The position numbers were made by a program, and so were the translations under genes. This document shows positions 25,030 through 38,302 of a DNA stretch of 64,000 nt, one piece after another. The first letter of the stretch is position 1; each line of letters starts with the position of its first letter. This DNA comes from Eledone cirrhosa. Lineage: Eukaryota. Below the pieces are notes generated by a model, which was given only the letters and a program-made list of their open reading frames with translations, had not been told where the DNA came from and ran no database searches. The stretch lies in the NCBI GenBank assembly GCA_964016885.1, contig OZ024753.1:13454001-13518000 (forward strand), written 5' to 3'.

Positions 25030-26090
25030 ACAGACGTACACACATATACATACTCACTGACGTAATCGCACGCGCGCACACTGAAGTGCTGGCGCACACA
25101 CAGGAGTGCTCGCACGCACAGATACGTGCTGACACACACACAGACGTTCTGGCTTACACACACACACACAGGAGTGCTCGCACGCGCACACACGGACGTG
25201 TAGGCACACATATAAACTCAGACGTGCAGGCACACACATACACACCCTCGCACATCCATACATATAAACACGGACCTGCAGGCATACACACACACAACAC
25301 TCATTTATATATATATAAACACCGACGTGCACATACATATATATACACACAGTGGTGCAGGCACACACACACACATACGCAAATACATATAAACACACGC
25401 ACGTGCGGACGGACACACACACACATACACATATTCAGATAAACACACGGACGTGCAGGCACACACACGCGCGCGCGCGCACACATACACATATTCATAT
25501 AAACACACAGACGTGCTGGCAGACACACGCACATATTCATATAAACACGCGGACGTGGTGGCAGACACACACACACACACGCATACACATATTCATATAA
25601 ACACACGGACGTACTGGCAGACACACACGCACATACACATATTCATATAAACACACGGACGTGGTGGCAGACACACACACACACGCATACACATATTCAT
25701 ATAAACACACGGACGTGGTGGCAGACACACACACACACACACACGCATACACATATTAATATAAACACACGGACATGCTGGCAGACACACACATACACAC
25801 ATATTCATATAAAGACACGGACGTGCGGGGACACACACACACATACACATTCATATAAACACACGGACGTGCTGGCAGACACACATACACAACACACATA
25901 TCCATATAAACACACGGACGTGCTGGCAGACACACACATATTCATATAAAGACACGGGCGTGCGGACACACACACACACATACACATATTCATATAAACA
26001 CACGGACGTGCTGGCAGACACACATACACAACACACATATCCATATAAACACACGGACGTGCTGGCAGACACACACACACACATACATAT
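25030..26090. repeat. CA-rich ~45-bp minisatellite (ATATTCATATAAACACACGGACGTGCTGGCAGACACAC...)
   Basis: Tandem units with variable (CA)n. Confidence 0.9.
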
Positions 26091-26434
26091 ATATTATATA
26101 TATAAACACAACCTTATGTTTGACGTCATGTACTTATCTCTCTGTTTGTAAGTGGTCTTGTCTTTCAGTCGCGTGAAAAGCAATTCAATTTAATTTCACA
26201 TCGCAGGTGGATCTATATTATTTATCAAACGTTCTCTTATTATATATCTTATATATATCTTATTATATATCTTATATATATAAGATATATATCTAACAAC
26301 GTTTCCACACCTCATGTTTTCTTATATGAAAGATTTAACCAGGAATCTAACTTTTAACCGACTGTCGTCGTTTCAATCAATTAAAAAAGGAAGTTGAACG
26401 AAAGATTTTTTTATGTTAGCAGAGATTTTAAAAC

Positions 26435-28420
26435 AGATTTTAGCACACTCACTCTCTCTCCATGATTTTAACATATACACACTCTCTCTCTGATTTTAAC
26501 ATACACACACTCTCTCTCTGATTTTAGTACACACACTCTCTTCCTGATTTTAGTACACACACTCTCTCCCTGATTTTAACATACACACCACTCTCTCCCT
26601 GATTTTAACATACACACACTCTCTCTCTGATTTTAGTACACACACTCTCTCCCTGATTTTAACATACACACACTCTCTCCCTGATTTTAGTACACACACT
26701 CTCTTCCTGATTTTAACATACACACTTTCTTCCTGATTTTAGCACACACACACTCTCTCCCTGATTTTAACATATACACACTCTCTCCCTGATTTTAACA
26801 TACACACACACTCTCTCCCTGATTTTAACACACACACACACACTCTTTCCCTGATTTTAGCACACACACATTCTCTCCCTGATTTTAGCACACACACACT
26901 CTCTCCCTGATTTTAGCACACACACACTCTCTCTCTGATTTTAGCACACACACACACACACACTCTTTCCCTGATTTTAGCACACACACACACACACACA
27001 TACTCTTTCCCTGATTTTACCACACACACACTCTCTCCCTGATTTTACCACACACACACTCTCTCCCTGATTTTAGTACACACACTCTCTCCCTGATTTT
27101 AACACACACACACTCTCTCCCTGATTTTAACATACACACACTCTCTCCCTGATTTTAACACACACACACTCTCTCCCTGATTTTAACATACACACACACT
27201 CTCTCCCTGATTTTAACATACACACACTCTCTCCCTGATTTTAACATATACACACTCTCTTCCTGATTTTAAAACACACACACTCTCTCCCTGATTTTAG
27301 CACACACACACTCTCTCCCTGATTTTAACACACACACACTCTCTCCCTGATTTTAGCACACACACACTCTCTCCCTGATTTTAGTACACACACTCTCTCC
27401 CTGATTTGAACACACACACTCTCTCCCTGATTTTAACATATACACACTCTCTCCCTGATTTTAACATATACACACACTCTCTCCCTGATTTTAGTACACA
27501 CACACTCTCTCTCCCTGATTTTAACATATACACACTCTCTCCCTGATTTTAACACACACACGCGCACTCCCCCTGATTTTAGCACACACACACATACACT
27601 CTCTCTCCCTGATTTTAGCACACACACACACACTCTCTCCCTGATTTTAACACACACACACTCTCTCCCTGATTTTAACATACACACACACTCTCTCCCT
27701 GATTTTAACATACACACACTCTCTCCCTGATTTTAACATATACACACTCTCTTCCTGATTTTAAAACACACACACTCTCTCCCTGATTTTAGCACACACA
27801 CACTCTCTCCCTGATTTTAACACACACACACTCTCTCCCTGATTTTAGCACACACACACTCTCTCCCTGATTTTAGTACACACACTCTCTCCCTGATTTG
27901 AACACACACACTCTCTCCCTGATTTTAACATATACACACTCTCTCCCTGATTTTAACATATACACACACTCTCTCCCTGATTTTAGTACACACACACTCT
28001 CTCTCCCTGATTTTAACATATACACACTCTCTCCCTGATTTTAACACACACACGCGCACTCCCCCTGATTTTAGCACACACACACATACACTCTCTCTCC
28101 CTGATTTTAGCACACACACACACTCTCTCTCCCTGATTTTAACATACACACACTTACTCTCTCTCTCTGATTTTAGCACACACACACACTCTCTCTCTCT
28201 CTCTCTCTCCCGGATTTTAGCACACACACACTTTCTCTCTCTCCCTGATTTTAGCACACACACACACACTCTCTCTTTCTCTCCCTCCCGGATTTTAGCG
28301 CAAACACACTTACTCACTCTGATTTTACTACCCAGTCTTGCTCTATTTGCTTAGAGAGATTTTAGCATACTCACACACTGTGTGTGCATGTCTCTCTCTC
28401 AATATAGAGAGATTTTAGAA
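26435..28420. repeat. ~28-30-bp minisatellite CTGATTTTA(A/G)(CA)nCTCTCTCC with a 492-bp internal duplication
   Basis: Dozens of tandem units; the rare variant CTGATTTGAA recurs at 27401 and 27893. Confidence 0.92.
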
Positions 28421-28672
28421 CATAAACACACATACTCTATCTATCTCTCTATCTCTCTCACTTGTTCGCTCGTTCTTTATATATCTCTCTAATTTGCTCT
28501 CTCGCTCTGCGTTAACGTCGAACACGGTAGAAATTAGTTTCTATTTCTAGCTGCTCAAGTAATATGAAATGCACTCGGAAGACTTCACCAAGAATTGAAC
28601 CCAATTTTCTATTTGAAAGCATCAGGCGGAGAGAGCGGGCTAATTCAGTGCAGGTGCTCCGTTTCTCACAAG

Positions 28673-28821
28673 ATGGCTGCTCATAATAACGAGAACAGGA
28701 GAAATACTACAGCTATGGAACCGTCTTCTAACCACAACACATTGCCACCACCACGAATTGAAGTGTGTGGACCTCCGCCCAACAACCAAATATTACTGTC
28801 AGAACCACAAGATCATCAACT

Positions 28822-28856
<35 letters not shown>

Positions 28857-29059
28857 AACAACAGCAGCAACAACAATCAGAGGAAATGTGCCAAACAGAC
28901 CACCTCAACAAACAACTGTTGGAGGCTTTCCTTAAAAGAATAAATGATTCGTCGCGGTTTCGATCTGAAAGTAACGACCCGGCTATAAGCGACGATTCAG
29001 GAGACCCTCTTGCTTCTAGCAACGGATCTAACACAAACAATGCTACTGATACATTCTGA
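28673..29059 (+). CDS. Small (128-aa) single-exon polyQ protein, uncharacterised; candidate host gene
   Basis: ATG lies in CAAGATGGCTGC (YY1-like start context); CpG-retaining, non-TE sequence; 18-Gln CAA/CAG tract followed by the amphipathic helix QTDHLNKQLLEAFLKRIN; AT-rich 3' flank. Confidence 0.6.
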
Positions 29060-29413
29060 TCGTTATATTGTGATTATCATTGCTATTATTAACATCGTTA
29101 ATATAATTGTTGTTATTGTTGTTGTCTGCGAAAGAAAGATGTGATATTTTATTATAAATTATGATAATTCATCATTAACTGTTTTGTTTTTTAAACACTA
29201 AAAAGAAAGGCATTCTTTGTTACCTCTATACCTCTATCTCTATCGTTTCTCTTATTAATTTCACATCGTTATTAATATTTAGTTATATAGTTATATATAC
29301 TCCTGCTTGGGTGAGCGATGGTTTATTTTCACTAATAATTTAATAATTTGCTTCATATTCGTCTTTACACAGGGATATATATATATATATATACTCACAC
29401 ATACATATATATG

Positions 29414-29466
<53 letters not shown>

Positions 29467-29773
29467 TACATATATATTTATATATACACACATACATATA
29501 AATATATATAGATATACACATACATATATATATATATATAGTAAAAAAAGCATATATATAAATATATATATATATATATAAAAGAGTTTATATATATATA
29601 TACATAAATAATATTAAATATATGTATATAGTATATAATATAGTGTATATAGTATATATATATATATATATATTTGTATGTAGGTCTATTTGTATGTATG
29701 TTTGTATAAAACTTGTAATGATTAGGACATGAACAGAATCATATACAAACATCCATCGTTAAACTGTTGCTGA

Positions 29774-29817
<44 letters not shown>

Positions 29818-30170
29818 CCTGTTAATGTTTCATACATGTTTTTCGCTCCCCACCCCCTTTTTTTAGTGGATACATTGACGAAGATGATCACATTTTAATA
29901 TCTTTTCACAAATCTTTATTTTGTATTTTTTAAAGTATTATGTTTAACGTATGTGGAAGGTTTTTTGGGAAGCGAATATTATCTTTTATACATACACCTC
30001 ATTATTAATATCTTCGTTTGGTGTGGTTGGGGAGGGAGGGAGGGTACACAACACACACACATATATATGTATGTATGTACATTATTTTATGTACTATACA
30101 TGCACCTTTGATGAGTTGTAGTGCACCTGAGCACTGTACACAATAATTTCATTATTATATATATATAGAG

Positions 30171-30553
30171 AGAATAAGAAAATGTGAAGTAGTTTCAGGT
30201 GTTAAAGTCCTTTATTGATAAAGCTGTGATACATATTTAAATGACGACATTGGTCATGCGATTCCGCGTATCCAGTGTCATGATCTCATCAGACAGCTTC
30301 TTACATAATAAGGTTAGTTACGTTCTCGAGGCAATCCAAGTTAAAACGGGGGAACGGGCGAAGGCTTCCCTTGTCGTTTTAACTTGGATTACCTCGAGAA
30401 GGTAACGTTATTATATAAGAAGCTGTCTGGTGAGATCGTGGCACAGAGTACACGGAATACGTGGCCAGTGTCGTCATTAGAATATGTATCGGAGCCTTAT
30501 CAATAAAGGACTTTAACTTTAACATCTGAAACTACTTCGCATTTTCTTATTCT
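30171..30553. repeat. ~380-bp diverged palindrome with degenerate hammerheads on both arms
   Basis: Inverted arms with many mismatches; minus arm AGCUGU-CUGAUGA...UAAA-U-AUGU-A-UC-ACAGCU; plus arm CUGGUGA...GAAU. Confidence 0.75.
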
Positions 30554-30839
30554 ATATATACTCCGTCATTCCGATGTGGAAATTGAGTGCTTGAATTGAA
30601 TTGCATTAATATTATATGAATTGGCAGTATCGGTGGAGGGTTGGACATGCTTTCCAGCATAGTTAGGTCCCTTTACGATCTGAGTTCAAATCCTGCCGAG
30701 GTTAACTTTGCCTTTCATCCTTACGGGGTCGATAAAATAATGTACTGGGTAATTGCTGGCCTTGTGCCAAAAGTAGAAACAATTAATATTGTATATATAT
30801 ATAATCAGTGCTGGATTTAGACTTGGTGAGGGCCCTAAG

Positions 30840-30870
<31 letters not shown>

Positions 30871-31164
30871 GTTGACGGCTGAGGAATAGAAGTACTCAAT
30901 ACTGAAGTAGACTTCTAATCATTTATATTAAAGTGAAACTCCAGAGAATCAAGATTCACATTTTAGCCATAATATAAATGAATATATATATATTGAAGTC
31001 CTAGTGTTAGCTTAGCCTAAATCCAACACTGAATATATGTAATACAAAGACACACACACATATATGTATATATATATATATATATTTTTTTTTTTTTCTT
31101 ACGACAGGCTGAATGATTTTGGGGTCCAAAACCCAAACTTAAGTACCTGTTTATGTTAGTGTTG

Positions 31165-31230
<66 letters not shown>

Positions 31231-31536
31231 CACACACACACACACATATATATACATACTGAACAAATCAAACTTTCATAATTCTACGTCTTCTGGTACT
31301 TGTTCGTCGCACCTGTTTGTTATTGCTGTTCTATTAAACTGCGACTCTTGTCATTTTCACACACACAAAATATTTCAAGGACCTGTTACATCGTTAAGAT
31401 CATCCGTCATTATTCTGTCACCAACGACTCTCATTATATACACAAGAAAATATCTACATCTACTGCGCCCTCTTTCTACATTACAATCTTAATTATGTCT
31501 GTATAAATAAACAGACATACACACACACACACACAC

Positions 31537-31567
<31 letters not shown>

Positions 31568-32398
31568 CACACACATATATATATACACATATATATATAT
31601 ACACACATATATATATACACACAAATATATACATATATATACAAACACACACATATATATATATATACACACAAATATATAACAATATATACACATATAT
31701 ACACACAAATATACTCATATATATATATATACGCACACACACACATACATAACCTACACACACATAAATATACATACACTACACGTACACATATATATAC
31801 ACACATATATACATACACCTGTATATAACGACCAAAAAAAAAAAGAAAATTAAAAGAAATTATATAAACCGTTGATAGAAATAAATTTTAATTTAAAAAA
31901 AAAATACGAAAAAACTATTAAAAAATATTCAAAAAACCTGTTAAAACACCGAAACACTGACAAGGTTTTTTACATTAAAGATCTCTCCATGTTTTTCCCT
32001 CCTTGTAACTTGTGTTTTTTTTCCTTGTGAATATTGAAGAAAATTATTGTATTGATTGAGATTAACGAAATCCGATATCGATATTTGAAAAAAACAACAT
32101 TACAAATCGTTTGCAATTCCTTCAGAATGAAAATATAAACAGAGCATATAAATAAATTTACAGTAGAATAACATAACAAATATGTTTTAAATATATACAT
32201 AAATAACACTACTAAGGATGATACAATGAAAGATATATTGAAAATATTTTCCGATTGTAGTTTTCGATCTGTCTTCAAGAAACCATTGGTAAATGAAATA
32301 ATTATCTTATGTTGTTTATTACATAACTAATTAATAAGCTCTGTAGCCTACGTAGAGCACTCTCTTTTCCTGTACCATTCTGACGGAATTACTTCTTT

Positions 32399-32433
<35 letters not shown>

Positions 32434-32479
32434 CTATATATGTATATATGTATGTGTGTATATATATATGTATGTATAT

Positions 32480-32738
32480 ATTGCTTTATATCTGGAGATC
32501 TCTCTGCACTTGTCGTCACATAGTACCATGGGCCCAGCACTATGTGTCAATAATAGTGTTTGTACCAGAGTTTTCAAGTCACTGGCTGGACTAAAAAGTC
32601 ACACTTGTTCAGCGCATCGGTAGGGGTTCTCCTATATGGATATAGAGTAGTGGCCGTACTCGAAAACGAGTTGGCAGCCACCATATATGTATGTATATAT
32701 GTATGTATATATATATGTATGTATGTATATGTATATAT

Positions 32739-32789
<51 letters not shown>

Positions 32790-33465
32790 GGAGGTGAGTA
32801 ATATTGTAGAACAATAAAACTATGTATATATCAGCTAAGTAGCACTCAACAGTTGGTAGAACTGGAGTATATATAAAAAAATTAAAAGATGGTTAAAAAA
32901 GTTCCATATATTTTATTATGCGCATTTCGAAAACATCATCCTGGGACAAAAATTGTGTTCTCATCAGATAAAATAAGGTAGCATATGAGGCCTAAAAACA
33001 CTTTCTTGTTCACAAGTGTTTTTAGGCCTCGTATCATGTTACCTTATCAAAACCTGTTAAATGGCAAAGCTCTTAAGAGTCAATGGCCATACAAAATCAC
33101 CAGGAGAGATGACCCCTTACCCTTTGTCAAGGCAGAATACTAGGAGAAGGAAAACTCTGATATAACACCTGCAACTCTGATGGTATCCAATGATGTTGAC
33201 TTGATCTTCTTTTTGGTAAATATCATCTTGGTTAAGAGAGTGGGACTGGCTTTGTGCAGTGCCTTTGCTCACTAGGCATTGCTTTATCACATGGTACCAT
33301 GGGCCCAGCACTATGTATCAGTAATTGTCACAAGTGTAGTGTTTGTACCAAAGTTTTCAAGTCGCTGGCTGGACTAAAAAGTCACACTCGTTCAGCGCAT
33401 CGGTAGGGGTTCTCCTACATGGATATAAAGTAGTGGCTGTACTCGAAAACGAGTTGGCAGCCACC
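32480..33465. repeat. Unclassified dispersed repeat, two close copies (32480-32685, 33290-33465) and a diverged third (~34700-34918)
   Basis: GTACCATGGGCCCAGCACTATG...ACTCGAAAACGAGTTGGCAGCCACC followed by TA-rich microsatellite. Confidence 0.7.
32909..32975 (-). ncRNA. Minimal hammerhead ribozyme
   Basis: UAUUUUAU-CUGAUGA-GAACAC...UGUUUUC-GAAA-U-GCGC-A-UA-AUAAAAUA; palindromic GCGC loop; 8-bp stem I. Confidence 0.8.
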
Positions 33466-33741
33466 ATATATGTATGTATATGTATATAGTTTCGCCAGGA
33501 AGTTGTTGATAAACCATAGGCACTTCCTGGCGAAACAGATCTCTTTGGATTTGTACGCGTGTGTTATATAGTTACAGAGGTGAGTATATACATTTTAATT
33601 TATATTTTTAATTATTGTGTGTCTACCCTGCCTTTCATGGGTTATAGATTCCATACACTGGTGGTTTTCCCTGTTTTATTGATGGCTCACTATCTCTAGT
33701 GTGTTACCTTTTCAACATATTGTATATTTATATATATATAT

Positions 33742-34425
33742 AAGTGAACTAAGTGAGAAATGAGGAATAAGAGGGATCAGGTGCTATTTACTCGAGAGAA
33801 GCCTACGTTGGTATGGCCACGTGATGCGCCTGAAAGACGATAGCTGTATAAAAAAGTGCAGGGCGATCAAAATTGATGGTAGTTACAGAGTAGGTAAACC
33901 CAGAAAAACCTGGGACGATATAAATTCCGACCTTACACACTTGCACCTCTCTAAGACAATGTCACTGGACCGAGATCTTTGGCGCTACGCAGTAATACAG
34001 AAGACCCACTTTGCCTATGTACAAAGCGAAACCTACAGTCAGTAGGCACCTCTTAACCAAATATACACCCCAATCCACTACCCCTACCCTATCCTCCAAC
34101 TCCCACCAACACCACCCTCTCTCTATAAAGTTGGTACCACAACATCCAGTCCAAATAAATGAGATCAAGATCGTGTAGGTGTCACGAGAAAAAACACACA
34201 GTCCACGCTGTAATGTGGCAGTGTAGGTAACACGGTAAAAAGTTCCCAGTTCCACACTGTAAATGTGGTTGGTGTTAGGAAGGGCATCCAGCCGTAGAAA
34301 ACCTGCCAGATAGTCCTATATGAGCGAGACACGGTCACCCGACCAAACCTTGCCTCAAGTGGGACAACTCCCATCTAACCCATGCTAGCGTGGAAAGTGG
34401 ACGTTAAACGAAGATGATGATGTTA
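33742..34425 (+). mobile_element. RTE-A 3' fragment
   Basis: RWYGHVMRL, KPRKTWD, shared 3'UTR and (GAT)n tail. Confidence 0.88.
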
Positions 34426-34527
34426 TATATTTATATATATATATATGTATATTTATATATATATGTCCCAAGGCTCTGATACCATCAACACCATAAACAC
34501 AGAGCTGGCATATCTAAGAACTGACTA

Positions 34528-34583
34528 ACTGCCTGATGAGGTCATAGCCATTCAATGGCTATCATCGAAATATATATAGCAGT
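34528..34583 (+). ncRNA. Minimal hammerhead ribozyme
   Basis: ACUGC-CUGAUGA-GGUCAUAGCCA-UUCAA-UGGCUAUCAUC-GAAA-U-AUAU-A-UA-GCAGU; perfect 5-bp stem I. Confidence 0.8.
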
Positions 34584-35272
34584 AAATAAAGGATTATGAG
34601 TTCATGCAATTGACTTATGTTTCGTCACTAGATATATATTTATATATATATGTATGTATGAGGATAAGAGAACTCAGGAATCTGGGATAATTCCGATATA
34701 AAACCTGCGGCTCAGTAGTTACCGATGATGTTGATCTTTTCTTCTTTTCGGGTTATAGCTACTGTCGCTCAGAGAGTGGGATTGGCTCAGTGCACAGTCT
34801 TTCCTCACTTTTAAAAATATCTTCACGCACAGGCATTGCACGATGGAATTAATTAATAATTATTAATGATGGTATATCGTGCAATGGCCATACTCGATAA
34901 CGAGGGGGCAGCCCTCATATATATATGTATGTATACCCAGACAACCTTTCCCCCACCCCGGAAAAAACCCCCAGTTGATGGATGTGAATCCGAAATATAT
35001 AGGGACAATTAAATCTCTCCCAAGGTAACTCTCTCTCGTGTTGTTATTTTAATTTTATCCTTTATGCTCTTTCCTTCATTCCTCTACACGTCTTATACAC
35101 TCACGCATCTCAACGTACACTCACTTACATCTCTCTCTCCACCACCGGATCTTGTTACCCGGAGATTTACCCATTTGCATTGTCGAGGCTTCCAAACGAC
35201 TTAAAGAAATTTACCTTATCATTCCACAATGCTTCAAGCAAACTTCAATACTCTCCTATATATATATATATG

Positions 35273-35304
<32 letters not shown>

Positions 35305-35490
35305 TATATGTGTATATATATATGTGTATATATATATGTATATTTATATATATATGTATATTTATATGTATGTATATATATATAAATATGTATATGTATA
35401 TATATATATGTATGTATATATATATACATACATATATGTATGTTATGTATCTATATATATATGTATGTATATGTATATAAAACCATATTT

Positions 35491-35549
35491 ATTCTATTAT
35501 ATATATTTCGAGGGTACCAAAACGTTAGTACACTCTCATCAGATAAAAT
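35491..35549 (-). ncRNA. Minimal hammerhead ribozyme
   Basis: AUUUUAU-CUGAUGA-GAGUGUACU...GGUACCCUC-GAAA-U-AUAU-A-UA-AUAGAAU. Confidence 0.8.
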
Positions 35550-35550
35550 A

Positions 35551-35943
35551 TCATCATCATCATCATCATCATCATTTTACGTCCGCTTTTCCCTGTTTGC
35601 AAGGGTGGGACAGGAACTGATTCTGGCTTGATTTCTACAGCTGGATGCCCTTCCTAACACCAACCTCATTTACAGTGAGTGCTGGGTGCTTTTTTTCCAT
35701 GGCGCCTACACGTCCACTTTACAGTGTGGGCTGGGTGCTTTTTTGCCGTGGCACCTCAAAGACCACTTTGCAGTGGAATGATAGGGACCCAGTCCCTATC
35801 ATCTCATTTCTACAGCTGAGTAAACTGGAGCAATGTGAAATAAAGTCTCTTGCTCAAGGAAACAATACATCACCCGGTCTGAGAATTGAACTCACAACCT
35901 TTCGAATGCAAGCCCAATGCTCTAACCACTAAGCCATGCGCCT
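35551..35943 (-). mobile_element. tRNA-derived SINE with RTE tail (second copy)
   Basis: Reverse complement closely matches 8027-8420. Confidence 0.85.
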
Positions 35944-35954
35944 ATATATATATA

Positions 35955-36830
35955 TCATCATCATCATCATCATCACTTTTCCCTGCTTGCAAGGGTGGGA
36001 CGGGTCTTATTCAGCACAGCATCTCTCCACTTGTCACGGTCCTTCGTCATCTCTACCGTGAGCTTCAGCGATCTGAGGTCTGTTCTCACAACCTCCGCCC
36101 ATGTTTTTTGTGGTCTACCTCTACCACGTCTTCCTTCAACTGGCATTTCCTGGCACTTCTTCACCCATCGGTCATCCTCCATACGCATCACATGTCCATA
36201 ACACCTCAGTCTCCTCTCTCACACACTACATTCTATCCCTCTCAGACACAGTTTCTCTCTCAACACATTTATGCTGGGTCGTTCACGCACATTTACAATG
36301 CACATCCAACGGAGCATGCTTGCCTCATTTCTCTCCAGCCGTTGCATATCCTCTGCAGTAGCTGCCCATGTCTCACTACCATGCAGCATCGCGCTCCTCA
36401 CACAGGCATCATATAACCGGCCTTTCGTACGCAGGGAGAAACCCTTCTTCGTCAGCAGAGGAAGCAGCTCCCTAAACTTCTTCCAACCCGTCCGTATTCT
36501 AGATAATATGGCCTCGTAACACCCCCTTCCCATGTTAATCTGATCTAGGTACTGGAAGCTATCCACCGGAACCTTCATGTACTCCTACTTGTATCTGGAA
36601 TTCCTCACTAAACTCCATTCCTACTCTGACTTTACTGACAGTACCTCTGTACAAAGTTTGTATTGTCCTCACAAGCCATTCCTCAACACCTAGTTTCCTT
36701 AGGGACCACCAGATGACAGATCAGGGTACCCTATCAAAGGCCTTCTCTAGGTCAACAAAGGATAAGTATAGTGGCTTATTTTTCTCTAAGAATTTCTCTT
36801 GTAATTGTCTCACCAAGAGAGGGCATCTGT
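35955..36830 (-). mobile_element. RTE subfamily C fragment with internal deletion
   Basis: Matches 21312-21958; upstream FVDLEKAFDRV region is joined to VDSF with the YADD/PHD region missing. Confidence 0.88.
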
Positions 36831-36870
36831 TGTATTCTGTTGTACATCTGTATATATATATATATAAATG

Positions 36871-37171
36871 AAATAACAGGAGGCTGGACTGGTGTAAATC
36901 CTTGAAAGGTTTATTATACTATGATCATTTCAATGACCGGGTTCCATATGAATCCGGTGATATCATCAGGTATTGGAATATAACAAAGGAATATGTAAAA
37001 AGCCATGGGTCCGAGAAACCAGAGATCTCGGACCCATGGCTTTTTACATATTCCTTTGTTATATTCCAATACCTGATGATATCACCGGATTCATATGGAA
37101 CCCGGTCATTGAAATGATCATAGTATAATAAACCTTTCAAGGATTTACACCAGTCCAGCCTCCTGTTATTT
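36871..37171. repeat. ~300-bp perfect-arm palindrome with a 9-nt spacer
   Basis: Mirror ORFs 36902-37117(+) and 36925-37140(-) are identical except at the spacer (37017-37025). Confidence 0.92.
37069..37126 (+). ncRNA. Minimal hammerhead ribozyme (mirror copy on minus strand at 36916-36973)
   Basis: AUAC-CUGAUGA-UAUCACCGG...CCGGUCAUU-GAAA-U-GAUC-A-UA-GUAU; palindromic GAUC loop. Confidence 0.8.
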
Positions 37172-37344
37172 TATTTCATTTATAATTAACTCCGTATTCG
37201 CACCACCAACTACACAAACGAAGATGGGTGAACTGCACTGCGTTGAGTATTCTTCACAATATTACACCAGGATTGACCATACGGAATGACCAGTTCTATC
37301 CAGTGGTGAACCAACAAACCATAAGAATATATATATATATATAT

Positions 37345-37650
37345 AACCAAAGATTAATATGGTTCATTGATTACTCAATGAATATAGTTTTACAATAGAT
37401 TAAAAGCACTCTACAAAGAAGTTTTCTGGAGTTATTAATATTATTCAAAATATTAATAAATGAAGACATTCACATAATCAAAATATATGTTTTATTATAT
37501 ATATTTCGAAGGTACTGTGCTGTTTTTTCAGTATGGCAATACTGGAATTGAACCATCAAGATAGTTGTGGTATGTCATACATCAATTCATGTATTTTATC
37601 TGACGAGGACGTACTGAAAAAACAGTACAGTGCCTTCAAAATATATATAT
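37345..37650. mobile_element. Penelope-like family 1 copy (inverted partial plus direct arm); hammerhead at 37594-37650 with GAAA mutated to AAAA
   Basis: 37527-37650 closely matches window bases 1-125; 37440-37533 is the inverted 3' part. Confidence 0.7.
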
Positions 37651-38245
37651 ATATAAGGGAGCAAAGAATCATTGTGTTGCATCATATATATTATTCAATC
37701 AGCGTGAGGAACAATCTATTAATGATCGAATCTGGCTCTAGAATCGGAAACTCCTCAGATATGTTTTAACCTATATTTTATTTATACTGGGAAAATGTTT
37801 TTTATTTTCACTTGAATATTATTAAAGTCAATTTTATTCACAGTTTATGTCCCTTTTCTCATTCTACCTGTGTTGAAAAGGTTTGGTAGAAATATCCAAA
37901 GGTAAGAGCACTTAGTCCATAAGACGAGTTTAGTATAAATAATTACAACAGTGACATAAAGAGGTACTTAAGTTTCGTTGCAAATATGTTTTAAAGATAT
38001 GTATATTTCTATAAATTCTTCTAAAATAAATCTACAATCATTTTTCAAATTTAATAGCAAACCCTTAAAAAAATGTAAATAAGTATTTAAAATTTATCTA
38101 GCGTCTAAAATTAACGATTTTTTTTCAGGTTTAACGTTATCCTCATTAGCATATTTCCCCTGAATGTTGAACCTTTCTATTCACTATCCTCACTGGACTT
38201 AAGTTCACATGAAGATATGTCACTATCTTAACACCAATTATTATA

Positions 38246-38302
38246 TTTTATCTGACGAAAGCGTAATTAAATATTAGTACCCTTGAAATACGTATAATAA
38301 AA
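38246..38302 (+). ncRNA. Minimal hammerhead ribozyme
   Basis: UUUUAU-CUGACGA-AAG...CCUU-GAAA-U-ACGU-A-UA-AUAAAA; palindromic ACGU loop. Confidence 0.75.

Noticed and set aside
33490-33540. Hairpin ending in CGAAAC as a hammerhead (also 24851-24975)
   Set aside because: The CUGANGA half is absent; at most a truncated remnant
24972-35631. Many short Tyr/Ile/Cys/Val/His/Thr-rich ORFs
   Set aside because: Translations of (TA)n, (CA)n and minisatellites
36902-37140. Twin 71-aa ORFs on opposite strands
   Set aside because: A by-product of the palindrome; TTG start and no coding evidence
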